Assembly (NCBI GenBank): GCA_963666315.2
Contig: CAXXHG010000027.1
Coordinates: 18,794-82,793 of the forward strand
Direction: 5' to 3'
DNA: 64,000 nucleotides
DNA from: Candidatus Binatia bacterium
GTDB taxonomy: Bacteria > Desulfobacterota > Binatia > Bin18
Positions 40,253 to 49,832 of the stretch are shown one piece after another (the first letter of the stretch is position 1; every line of letters begins with the position of its first letter). The notes below the pieces were generated by a model, which was given only the letters and a program-made list of their open reading frames with translations, made no database searches and was not told the origin of the DNA. A program made the translations under genes and the position numbers.

Positions 40253-42104
40253 GTGACCCTACTCCCGAAGAACATTCTTATCCTCGCCGCCGCCCTGTTG
40301 CTCGGCGCGCGTCCCGCAAGCGCGCAACAGGTCCAGGTGCTGGAGCACGACACGGCCGAAGGGGAATACAACTCGTTGGTGCAGGTCGATGCCGACACCT
40401 ACGCCCTTGCCTACTCTGGCGCCGACAGCGACGGGTTCCTCAAGACCTTCACCATCAGCGCGGACGGCATGACCATCACCCAGGTCCAGGTGCTGGAGCA
40501 CGACACGGCCGAAGGGAAACACAACTCGTTGGTGCAGGTCGATGCCGACACCTACGCCCTTGCCTACTCCGGCGCCGACAACAACGGGTTCCTCAAGACC
40601 TTCACTATCAGTGCGGACGGCATGACCATCACCCAGGTCCAGGTGCTCGAGCACGACACGGCCATCGGGAAACGCAACTCGTTGGTGCGGGTCGATGCCG
40701 ACACCTACGCCCTTGCCTACTCCGGCGCCGACAACAACGGGTTCCTCAAGACCTTCACTATCAGTGCGGACGGGATGACCATCACCCAGGTCCAGGTGCT
40801 CGAGCACGACACGAGCCTTGGGCAGGCCAACTCGCTGGTGCAGGTCGATGCCGACACCTACGCCCTCGCCTACAGGGGCGCCAACGACGCCGGGTTCCTC
40901 AAGACCTTCACCATCAGCGCGGACGGCATGACCATCACCCAGGTCCAGGTGCTCGAGCACGACGCGGCCCTAGGGGCCGACAACTCGCTGGTGCAGGTCG
41001 ATGCCGACACCTACGCCCTCGCCTACTCTGGCGCCGGCTCCGACGGGTTCCTCAAGACCTTCACCATCACCGCTGACTGTCCGCCCGATCTCGTGCTCTC
41101 CAACCAAACGATGAGCGGGACGCAGGTCTTTAGATCCGCGAGCACGATGACGTTCGGGCCGAATATGACCGTCCCGAGCGGGACCGCGCTCACACTGCGA
41201 TCGAGGACAATTCGTTTGGAGGCGGGGGTTTCCATACAGTTGGGGGCAACGTTCACGGCTAACACGGACCCGGACCCCTGTGGGACTGAAGTGGACGAAG
41301 TGCTCGCGAAGGACCGGGTGCGTGTCTTTGCGGCAGGCGCCGCGGGGGAGGACGAGGGCGAAGGAGGATCGAATCTGAGGATGGGAGCGGGTGTCTATGC
41401 TACCGCTGCGACGGGGGGCAGAAGCCGGCAGCGCAACAAAGGCGGCGACGAGCAGCTGCTCGTCGCCGCCCACACCTTCTTACTCATCGACGAGGACTCC
41501 ATCGACCACGCCACGCCGCCAAACTTCTTCTCGGAGTTGGACGTGAATGCGGACATGGCCGAGATCGGGTTACGCGAACGGCTCCTGTTCTTCGCCGACC
41601 ACCCGGGGGCAGTCCTCACCCTCCCTACGGGCGAAGTGGGGGATGAAGGCTGGTTCGCGCTGAAGACGGTCCCCGCCTCGTGGGCCGCCGTGGGGCGGAC
41701 GGGCGAGGGGCTGCGCAATTACCTCAACGCCGATCCCGGCCTCGGCACCCCCGACCGCCACGGGAACCCGGAGGCGCTGCTGGCGCAGATCCCCGATGTC
41801 ACGCCGCTGCGCGCGTCCGGCCTGCGGCTATTGACGGGGAAACAGGTCTGCGCCGTGGTCTATGACCAGGATGTCCAGGTGACCTATGCGCCCTTAACGG
41901 GCAGCCTCCAGGGCGCGACGCTCGGGATTGTGGCCTTTGAGATCCTGGCCGTGACCGAATCGACAGCCTCTGCCCCAGCCGCCCTCCCGCAGGTCGAAAT
42001 CCAACTGTTGGATGCCGATCGATTGTGCGCCGAAGGAGCTGGCGCTGTTCCTCGATGCCCCGGAACCGTTCTCGTCCTCCGCACCCTTCGATGTCGTGCC
42101 ATAA
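40253..42104 (+). CDS. secreted multidomain protein: 5 x 51-aa repeats + beta-rich domain + IDEDSID domain (frameshift near 42033)
   Basis: Signal peptide ending ASA; tandem repeats; alternative frame gives LFLDAPEPFSSSAPFDVVP* ending at 42104. Confidence 0.8.
40328..41077 (+). repeat. five intragenic 153-bp tandem repeats
   Basis: Units start at 40328, 40481, 40634, 40787 and 40940. Confidence 0.97.
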
Positions 42105-42411
42105 CGGCGGTCGCGCCTATGTGGCAAATTTGGCTGCCGACACAGTGTCGGTGATCGACACGGCCATGGTGTCAGGTGGATCCTGACCGTAATTATTGAG
42201 GGGTATCGCCGGGCCCACTGAGACAGCCTCTAAAAGACGACGCCCGAAAATCAAAGCGAAAACATGTCCTGGACTCACTGTAGTCACGACAGAGCACGAT
42301 GCGGCACAATCAGGGATAACAAACAGATCATCCCCGCCCAAATGATTTCTGCCAGGAAAATCTCTTAAGGCCAAACAGCGGGGCTACGGACAGGTGGGGG
42401 GGATAACTCTT

Positions 42412-43506
42412 ATGTCGATCTATAAACGCAAGGATTCTTGGTATTACGATTTTCAGCATCAAGGCGAACGGTACACCGGCTCCATCGGGCATGTTTCAAA
42501 GACTGTGGCGAAGGAGGAATTTGCCCGTAAGAAGGCCGAAGTGATCGAAGGCCGGCTGAACCCCAACCGTGCAAGAAAGAGTCCCACCTTCCGCCAATTT
42601 GCGGCGGACTACTTAGACTGGGCACGGACGAACAAGAAGCCGACGACGGTGCTGAGGAACCAGATGGCTATTAACGCCTTGCTGCCAGTACTGGGGGCAA
42701 AGAAGCTCAACGCGATAACCGCCTGGGCTATTGAACAGTTCAAAAAGGCACGGCGGGAAGCAGGAACGCAGCCGGGAACTATCAACACAGACCTGGCAAC
42801 TTTGAAAGCCATGTTCCGCAAAGCTCGCGAATGGGGCAAGATGACCGCCACGCCTGAGGCCGGAGTCAAGAAACTACCAAGCCCGGAACCTCGGACCCGC
42901 TTTCTGTCTGAGGAAGAAGAAGCGCTGCTGTTGCCTGCATGTACGCCTGCGCTACGGCGCATCGTCAAGGCAGGCATCTTGTCCGGGTTGCGCAGGATCG
43001 AGTTGGTGAGCTTGCGGCCAGAGGACGTTGATCTAGAACGCAAGACTTTGCGCGTAGATTCCGCATTCAGTAAGAGTGGCAAAGGCCGGACACTCCCTCT
43101 CGGCCCACGATTGCAAGCGGTACTTGAAGAAGCGTTATCCGTCCGTGGAGAAGCCCTCGTGGTCTTTGTGACTCAGATGGGAGTGGCGTGGACCGCAAGT
43201 GGCTTCACGGCCTGGTTGCAGCGCGCCGGTAAGGGTGTGGTTAAGAATGTAGGCCCGCATGTCCTTCGACATACTTTCGCCAGCCGCCTGGTTATGAGCG
43301 GCGTTGATATCCGCACCGTGCAGGAACTACTGGGACATGCTGATATAAACATGACCATGAGGTATGCTCACCTGTCCCCAGACCACAAAAGAGGGGCAAT
43401 GGAAGCAATGGAACGCCAGTTTTCAGGAAAAAGTCCCGCGAATTTTCACAACACCCCTTCTGAGAGCAGTTCGGGTAAGATCGAGAAAGTTGTGTCTATT
43501 CACTAG
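42412..43506 (+). CDS. tyrosine recombinase/phage integrase
   Basis: N-terminal arm-binding domain SIYKRKDSWYYDF; GLRRIEL, HVLRHTFAS, LLGHADINMTMRYAHL. Confidence 0.96.
   Translation: MSIYKRKDSWYYDFQHQGERYTGSIGHVSKTVAKEEFARKKAEVIEGRLNPNRARKSPTFRQFAADYLDWARTNKKPTTVLRNQMAINALLPVLGAKKLNAITAWAIEQFKKARREAGTQPGTINTDLATLKAMFRKAREWGKMTATPEAGVKKLPSPEPRTRFLSEEEEALLLPACTPALRRIVKAGILSGLRRIELVSLRPEDVDLERKTLRVDSAFSKSGKGRTLPLGPRLQAVLEEALSVRGEALVVFVTQMGVAWTASGFTAWLQRAGKGVVKNVGPHVLRHTFASRLVMSGVDIRTVQELLGHADINMTMRYAHLSPDHKRGAMEAMERQFSGKSPANFHNTPSESSSGKIEKVVSIH
43430..43453 (+). repeat. putative integrase arm-type site (right, inside integrase 3' end)
   Basis: Identical to 30344..30367. Confidence 0.75.
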
Positions 43507-43561
43507 GTTAAGAGCTTTCTATGCGTCCTTAACAGTGTCCCGTCATTGTTCAACTTCAACA
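43491..43561 (+). repeat. right attachment-site direct repeat (71 bp)
   Basis: Matches 30159..30229; contains stop codons of both the integrase (+) and the GNAT (-). Confidence 0.9.
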
Positions 43562-43962
43562 AACCCTGCCTTTTTATAAAAGTCCTGGGCGTTGAGGGTC
43601 GCATCCAGACAAACATCTCGATGTGAGCCTACTCGGGCTTTCTTGATTCCGTATGCGAGCAACCGGGAACCGACTCCTTGCTGAGCGTTTTCAGGAGCGA
43701 CAAATACGGCACGGATTTCTCCAGGTACAGCATGTCCAAAGCCGACGATTTGCGGGCCGGCCTCAGCGACAAATATTTCGCCTCGATCAATACCTTCAAT
43801 ACCTGGGAGATGGCCTTGAGGACAGCGGTTCTTGAGCCAGCCGGAAATTTGTTCGGGCGAGTAGTGGTCTTTGCACAGCGCTCTGACCGATTGCGTGTGG
43901 AGCGCATGTATCCGACTGGCATCGCCGGTCGTTGCCGGCCGGATTGTGCATGGTTTTGTCAT
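43543..43962 (-). CDS. GNAT family acetyltransferase (C-terminus within att repeat)
   Basis: IRPAT, VFVAPENAQQGVGSRLL, ATLNAQDFYKKAGF. Confidence 0.88.
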   Translation of the reverse strand: MTKPCTIRPATTGDASRIHALHTQSVRALCKDHYSPEQISGWLKNRCPQGHLPGIEGIDRGEIFVAEAGPQIVGFGHAVPGEIRAVFVAPENAQQGVGSRLLAYGIKKARVGSHRDVCLDATLNAQDFYKKAGFVEVEQ

Positions 43963-44010
43963 AGTCCTTTTCTCGCAGTGTTACCGAGAGGGACCAGAAT
44001 GTTTGGATGT

Positions 44011-45346
44011 TTATGCTGCCTCTCGAATCACCGGCATCCCGCCAGACGGAGCAAAGGTAATGCTGCGCCGAACGACGCGGACGGTATGACCTGGAGCTGA
44101 GCGTAACGACACCCGAGACAACGCCTGAGCCAGCACAATTTTCATTTCATACATGGCAAAGGCGGCACCCAGGCAGTGGCGTACCCCGCCACCAAACGGG
44201 AAGAACTCGTTGGGACCGGGCCGCTTGGCAAGAAACCGGTCCGGGTCGAACCGTTCGGGGTCGGGCCACACATCCGGGCGACGGTGGGCCAGATAGATGC
44301 AGGGGGAAACAGCAACGCCCGCGGGCAGATCACATTTTCCGATACGCGTCGGTTCTTCGAGCCGCCGTGCTACGAGTGGCAAGATCGGGTTGAGCCGCAT
44401 GGTCTCCTTAATGGTTGCGTCGAGGTATTCAAGTTCAATGAGATGCTGAGGCATAACCGGGCCAGAGCCAATAATCCGTTTCAGCTCAGCAGTCAGCTTC
44501 TCCTTGACTTCGGGATGCTGCAAAATCCGATGGAAGGTCCAGGCCAGAGAGGTTGCCGTTGTTTCGTGACCGGCCAGCAACATGGTCATCATCTCGTCCC
44601 GCAGCTCGACATCACTCATGGGCTGACCATCCTCATGGCGTGCCTCGATCAGCATGGCGAGGATATCGTCACGCCCATTCCGTTCGGCTGCGCGGCGGCG
44701 CGCAATCTGAGCGTATAACAACTCGTCTACTTTCTGAGACAGCTGCTTTAGCCGCCGCCACGGGGTGAGGGGTCCGAGATCGATCTGTAGCAAAGGGATC
44801 ATCAGGTAAGGGTTTGCAGTAGTGAGTGTCACGAAATCGATGAGACATTGACGCAGCTCACCCAAGTGGGGGCCCTCCTCCATACCAAAGACCGTACGCA
44901 GAATGACATCCAGCGTAATGCTTTGCATTTGCTCATGGATCGGGAAGGAACGGCCGGTCGGCCAGGTGTCAATCGCTCGGTCAGCGATCTCGCGCATGAC
45001 CTCGCCGTACACCCGCATGCGGTCACCCTGGAAGGAAGGCATGAGGAGTTTACGCTCGCGCTTGTGGCGTGCTCCGTCGAGCAGGAGCACTGAGTTCTCT
45101 CCGAGGGTGGGTTTCAAAATAAAGTTGGCCTTGCCCGCCTGGAGGCTGCTCAGGGTTACTGGCAAAGATTTGCTTGATGGCTTCGGGATCGCTGAAGAAG
45201 ACAATGGGCGGTCCTCCGAGCCAGTGGACAGTGAAGCAGTCGCCGTAGCGCTGCATGCACTCCTGCATGAAAGGAATGGGTTTGCGAACCCACTGTATCG
45301 TTTGTAGGATTCGTGGAGCTTTTGGGCCAGGAGGTAAGCTGGGCAT
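44011..45346 (-). pseudogene. cytochrome P450 with single frameshift near 45144 (possibly an assembly error)
   Basis: LPPGP N-terminus, AGHETTA, ETMR, PERF, FGGGVRHCLG. Confidence 0.9.
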
Positions 45347-45372
45347 AGTTTCCTTCTCCTTTATATCTTCAT

Positions 45373-46056
45373 CTATATCTTCATCTTGCTAGGCTTATTC
45401 GGCTTGGACGTGTTCCGTTTTGATGCATTCGGAGCTCTGACTGCGGCATACAGGTCGGGCCACGCCTCGGGCTTGAACGCGCCGAACAGCAACAGCCGTT
45501 TCAGCTCTTTGGTAAAGCGGCGGCTGGCTTTCTTTGCCCCGGCAGCCCCCTCCGGGCCGTTCCGGGCCTGCAGTGACCAGACCAGTATTGCGGCAACGAG
45601 GATGTGACCCAACATCTCCGGATCAATGCCTGCCTGCGCCTGCTCGCTGGCAGCCATGTTGCGCATGGCCTTCATATAACGGTTCCAGCCCTCGCGACTC
45701 GGCAGTTGAATATCGAGCAGCATTTGGAACATCCACAGCCGGGCGATCTCGGGATGGTCCAGGAAGTAGTCGGTCATGTGGTCGATGAGTTGACTGCGCG
45801 GCAGCTTGGCCTTGAGCATCAAGCTGGTCTCGTTGGAGAGTTCCGCCAGCACTGCACCGATGAGGTCTTCGCGGGTACGGAAGTGCTGGTACGCGGTCGT
45901 CCGATTGACCCCTGCACGATGGGCGACCTCAGATACGGTGAAGGCTTCAGGACCGTTTTCGGCCATCAACGTCCGCGCGGCCTTGAGCAGCGCCGCATGA
46001 TTGGCTTCCGCGTCGCGGCGTCTGGGGACAATCGGTGGGGGCGGGCTTTTCGCCAT
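45373..46056 (-). CDS. TetR/AcrR family regulator
   Basis: TVSEVAHRAGVNRTTAYQHF. Confidence 0.93.
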   Translation of the reverse strand: MAKSPPPPIVPRRRDAEANHAALLKAARTLMAENGPEAFTVSEVAHRAGVNRTTAYQHFRTREDLIGAVLAELSNETSLMLKAKLPRSQLIDHMTDYFLDHPEIARLWMFQMLLDIQLPSREGWNRYMKAMRNMAASEQAQAGIDPEMLGHILVAAILVWSLQARNGPEGAAGAKKASRRFTKELKRLLLFGAFKPEAWPDLYAAVRAPNASKRNTSKPNKPSKMKI

Positions 46057-46091
46057 ACGGACATATTGTATTGGGGAAAAAATACAAAATC

Positions 46092-46106
46092 AACAACGGT
46101 GTTGTT
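46092..46106. promoter_or_regulatory. putative TetR operator
   Basis: AACAAC-GGT-GTTGTT palindrome upstream of tetR. Confidence 0.5.
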
Positions 46107-46115
46107 TTTTGGTTT

Positions 46116-47312
46116 TTAAATCACCCCATCCTCTTCGAGCTGGCCGATCTCAGCCTCAGATAACCCCAGCAGCTTGCTATAGATCAATTCATTATGCTCA
46201 CCGAGGTTGGGACTCGGCGTGTCATTGGGCAGCTGTTCGCCGTCGAAGCGCCACGGGGCGCCGAGGACGGTCACGGTTCCGGCGGTGGGGTGGTCGATGT
46301 CTTTGAGTATGCCGCGTTCGCGCAGATGGGGGTCGTTGAGGACTTCTTCTACGTCTTGGACTGCGCCACACGTGATGTCCATCTCACCACACAGCTGCAT
46401 GACTTCTTTTTTGGGGTGCTGGACCGTCCAGGCGCTGACAATCTCATCAACCTCGTCTGCGTGCTTGGCGCGAGCCGCGTTGGTTGCGAACTGTTCATCC
46501 TCGGCCACGTCTTCACGATCCATGAGCTTACACAACGCCTGCCAGCGTTGATTGTCAGACGTAAGCAATAAGACATAGCCATCACTGGTTGGATAACAGT
46601 TGTAGGGAGAAAACGCTCTATTGGGCGCACGGTTGCCGGCCCGCTCGTATTTGCCGCCTTGTGCCCGATAGGCGGAGATTTGCGCGGCCATGGGTCCAAT
46701 AGCCGACTCGAAGAGAGAGGTCTCCACAAACAGGCCCTCTCCGGTACGGTGGCGTTGATGGACGGCGGCCAAAATCCCGGCAGCGAAATGAATCCCAGCC
46801 ATGATGTCCATAATCGGTGGACCGGCTTTCATAGGCGGGCCGTCAGGATCACCCGTTGTGCTCATCACACCGGACATAGCCTGGACAACGGAATCAAACG
46901 CAGGGTAGGCACTATACGGACCGGTCAGACCGTAGCCTGAACTCGATGCGTAAATCAGCCGCGGATTGATCTGTTTTAAGACCGCATAGCCAAGGTCAAG
47001 TTTTTCCATAGTGCCTGCCGCAAAATTCTCTACTACGACGTCAACGTGTTCGACCAGCTGTTTGAAGATATCTTTCCCGCGTGCGGATTTGAGGTTGAGG
47101 GTAATACCCTTCTTATTCGAGTTCAGCATGACAAAGGGGTAACTCTGCTTCCCAGAGTCCGGGATAGGAAAGATCGCCCGGGCTCGCTCACCATGCGGCA
47201 GCGGTTCTATTTTAATCACTTCGGCTCCAAAAAAGCCGAGGACTTGGGTCGCGTACGGGCCGTTGAAAATATGAGTCAGGTCAAGAACGCGGACGTCGTC
47301 TAATGCTCGCAT
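46116..47312 (-). CDS. CaiB/BaiF class III CoA-transferase
   Basis: VRVLDLT, GAEVIKIE, NSNKKGITLNLK, DVVVENF, PNLGEHN. Confidence 0.95.
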   Translation of the reverse strand: MRALDDVRVLDLTHIFNGPYATQVLGFFGAEVIKIEPLPHGERARAIFPIPDSGKQSYPFVMLNSNKKGITLNLKSARGKDIFKQLVEHVDVVVENFAAGTMEKLDLGYAVLKQINPRLIYASSSGYGLTGPYSAYPAFDSVVQAMSGVMSTTGDPDGPPMKAGPPIMDIMAGIHFAAGILAAVHQRHRTGEGLFVETSLFESAIGPMAAQISAYRAQGGKYERAGNRAPNRAFSPYNCYPTSDGYVLLLTSDNQRWQALCKLMDREDVAEDEQFATNAARAKHADEVDEIVSAWTVQHPKKEVMQLCGEMDITCGAVQDVEEVLNDPHLRERGILKDIDHPTAGTVTVLGAPWRFDGEQLPNDTPSPNLGEHNELIYSKLLGLSEAEIGQLEEDGVI

Positions 47313-47489
47313 ATGAGATTTCCCTTCCAATTAGGTCATCAGCGGTCAGCTATCAGTCGGTAAGAGGAAAGACAAGGAATGGTTCTCCCTCGACGTTACC
47401 CGCCACCCAATAAGCTCTTAGGAGGGGATTTCATGAAGCACGAACAACGGGGTAAAAAGATTGAGGGATAAGAAAGGAGGCCGTGTAAT

Positions 47490-48290
47490 ATGGCGACGTG
47501 GGATCCACACCAATACCAGCGGTTTCAGAAGGAGCGGGCGCAGCCGTTCTTTGATCTGCTCGGCCGCGTCTCTGATTATGACACGCCTTCAGGAGCTGAA
47601 GTCGCTGAAGTAGCCGATCTCGGCTGTGGGCCAGGCACGCTGACAATAACGCTGGCCGTACGCTGGCCGCGGGCGACCGTGTGGGGTATAGATAATTCAC
47701 CTCAAATGCTGTCTGAAGCCGAGAAACTCCTCTCCAAGCGGTCCCATCAGAATGTACACTTTGTAGAATCCGATTTGGTCGCTTGGCAGCCGGAAAAACC
47801 GCTCGACCGCATTATTTCGAATGCTGCGCTGCAGTGGCTGCCGGAGCACGTCACATTGCTTCCTCGGTTGGTGAGCCTGCTTGCGCCTCGGGGTATCCTT
47901 GGCGTGCAAATACCGAACAATTTCGCGCAAGCGGCACATCAAATATTGGGTGAGACTGTCCGCCAAGAGAGGTGGAGGACAACACTCGAAGACTGGCGAG
48001 AACACTATTTTGGACAAAGCCCGCAGTGGTATGCCGGAGTGCTGCAAGACTTAGGCTGTGCAGTCCAGGTCTGGGAAACGATTTACTATCATATTCTGTC
48101 CGGTGAAAATGCCGTTCTGGAATGGATGAAAGGCACGGCGCTGCGACCAGTATTGAGTCGGCTCGCTGCAGACCAACAAGCCGCGTTTCTGAAAGAGTAT
48201 AGCCGGAAGCTCAGCCAGGCGTATCCTGCAGGTCCAAGCGGAACGATTTTCCCGTTTCGGCGCTTGTTCTTCATCGCGCAGCGCGCATAG
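47490..48290 (+). CDS. tam: trans-aconitate 2-methyltransferase
   Basis: WDPHQYQRF, DLGCGPG, SNAALQW, WETIYYH, VLEWMKGTALRP, FPFRRLF. Confidence 0.88.
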   Translation: MATWDPHQYQRFQKERAQPFFDLLGRVSDYDTPSGAEVAEVADLGCGPGTLTITLAVRWPRATVWGIDNSPQMLSEAEKLLSKRSHQNVHFVESDLVAWQPEKPLDRIISNAALQWLPEHVTLLPRLVSLLAPRGILGVQIPNNFAQAAHQILGETVRQERWRTTLEDWREHYFGQSPQWYAGVLQDLGCAVQVWETIYYHILSGENAVLEWMKGTALRPVLSRLAADQQAAFLKEYSRKLSQAYPAGPSGTIFPFRRLFFIAQRA

Positions 48291-48387
48291 CCGTCTGCTC
48301 AGCGCGCTGCGTATGTCCGGCCTGGTCGGTCTCTCTCGACTTCTGGTCGACTGTGACGGCTTCGGAGACTTCGGCGACCTTAGCGCC

Positions 48388-49534
48388 TTACGGTAGACGC
48401 AGCGGCGATTGCAGTACAGAAACAGTGGCGGCGGCAGGGATATGCAGCGTGAAGAGAGACCCTTTTCCGAGTGTACTCTCGACGGATATCGTGCCGCCCA
48501 TCATCAGGGTCAGGCGGTGGACCAAAGCCAACCCCTTCAAACCGTCGCGTGGAAGAGCCGTCTACTTGGCGGAAAAGCTCAAAGATTTCTGCCTGATGCG
48601 CCGTGTCTATCCCGATCCCAGTATCGTGTACGGAAAGAATAACGTCGCCCGCGTCCGTTGTATTTCCGACAATCCGGATCGCGCCCTTGTCAGTAAATTT
48701 TGCGGCATTCGACACCAGGTTGCGTAGAATGAGAAGAACCTTGTGTGGATCGGCCCACACCGCAGGAAGATCTGGGGAGACCTCCCAGACAAAGGACACA
48801 GGCTTGTTTTGCAGCAGAAATTTCATCAGTTCCTGGAGTTCAGCCTGGAACTGGGTGAGATGGACTAGCTCAGGTAGGATTTCCATTGCGCCGGCTTCGA
48901 GCCCGGCGAGGCTCAGAAAATTATCGACGAGATTACATAAGGTGCGCGCGTAGCGCTGAATGCCTTCGACCGATTGATTCACATGTTGAGGCAGGGCTTC
49001 TTGTTCTGCATCCTCCATCAAGAGTTCGCTATACCCCAGAATGACATGCAGCGGAGTGCGCAGTTCATGCGAAATATTTGCCAGTAATTGAGTTCTGAGC
49101 TGCTCCATCTCGCGTACCTGTTTAAGCTGGGCCGCAGACTTGATGGCAACATCGACCCACAGCAAGAGATGATCCGAGCCCTCGGATTTATGGTGATAGC
49201 CTTGGATAGCAAGCTGCTGGAGCATGGCGCGGGGTGGTTTTTCGTCCGAGTAGTCGGTCTGTAGCAGAATCTGGACATCTTCAGCGTGCCGGCGAATCGC
49301 GCGGACAAAGTCTTCTGCGCTTATGCCAGGCATGCAGTAGTCCACAATGATGAGCTGCACCTGCCCAGGGCGGAAGAGGGCCAAGGCGGCTTCACCACTA
49401 GCTGCGGTCAGGACACGGAGGCCTTCTCGTTCGAGCAGGAGTGTGACTGAGACCAGGATTTCCGCTTGATCATCAACAACGAGGATCGTGTTGCCGGAGG
49501 ACGCGGCTGTTGTCCGATTGTGCACTATGTCCAA
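48388..49534 (-). pseudogene. REC-HisKA-HATPase hybrid kinase with frameshift in G2 box near 48530
   Basis: ILVVDD, SHELRTPL, NLVSNAAKFT, DTGIGI; shifted frame resumes LVHRLTLMMGGTISVESTLGKGSLF. Confidence 0.85.
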
Positions 49535-49559
49535 TCCCTCTTTTGAGAAGTCCCATTCC

Positions 49560-49574
49560 GCAAGGGCTGTACCA
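49560..49574 (-). promoter_or_regulatory. sigma-54 -24/-12 promoter
   Basis: TGGTACAGCCCTTGC (GG-N10-GC). Confidence 0.7.
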
Positions 49575-49806
49575 ATGGCTGAAACAGCGCGGGAGACGAC
49601 AAAGTGGATGCAGCTGATTGGCTAAGCACAGCAAAATGAGAGTATTTTTCAGTGCTTACGTAGGTCGGAGATGGCATGAGGGCTGCCATGCCTCTAGCGT
49701 GCAGTATCCTGCTGTGACCGGCTCGCTGTTGGGACGCGCCTGTCTGTCAGCTTTCTGACGGGTGAGGCGGGTGAGAGCGGATGGATATCGAATCAATGTG
49801 TAAAGA

Positions 49807-49828
49807 GCGGGGGTCCCCCCGCCCGTAC
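49807..49828. repeat. REP-like hairpin
   Basis: Reverse complement is GTACGGGCGGGGGGACCCCCGC. Confidence 0.45.
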
Positions 49829-49832
49829 GACT

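Larger units (their letters stand above)
30159..43561. mobile_element. integrated phage-satellite-like (PICI-like) element, partly decayed
   Basis: Terminal direct repeats, tyrosine integrase, Xis-like HTH, Prim-Pol/SF3 helicase, iterons, cos-like site, P27 TerS; no capsid, portal or TerL. Confidence 0.85.

Noticed and set aside
40027-41076. Long alternative-frame and antisense ORFs over the repeat array, and similar shadow ORFs elsewhere
   Set aside because: By-products of high-GC codon bias and repetition; the signal-peptide frame explains the region
40328-41077. Tandem array as a CRISPR array or DGR template/variable repeats
   Set aside because: Units are in-frame 153-bp coding repeats without unique spacers; there is no cas or reverse transcriptase gene, and differences are not confined to adenines
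45130-45160. P450 frameshift as programmed frameshifting
   Set aside because: One extra base with no slippery heptamer; several similar single-base indels in the window point to sequencing error or decay
47336-47362. Short TCAGC heptamer-like repeats
   Set aside because: Only two to three degenerate units; too short to support a functional call
47490-48290. tam as part of the tcuA/ACOD1-like pathway
   Set aside because: It lies more than 20 kb away in a different context and is a common stand-alone gene, so linkage is unsupported
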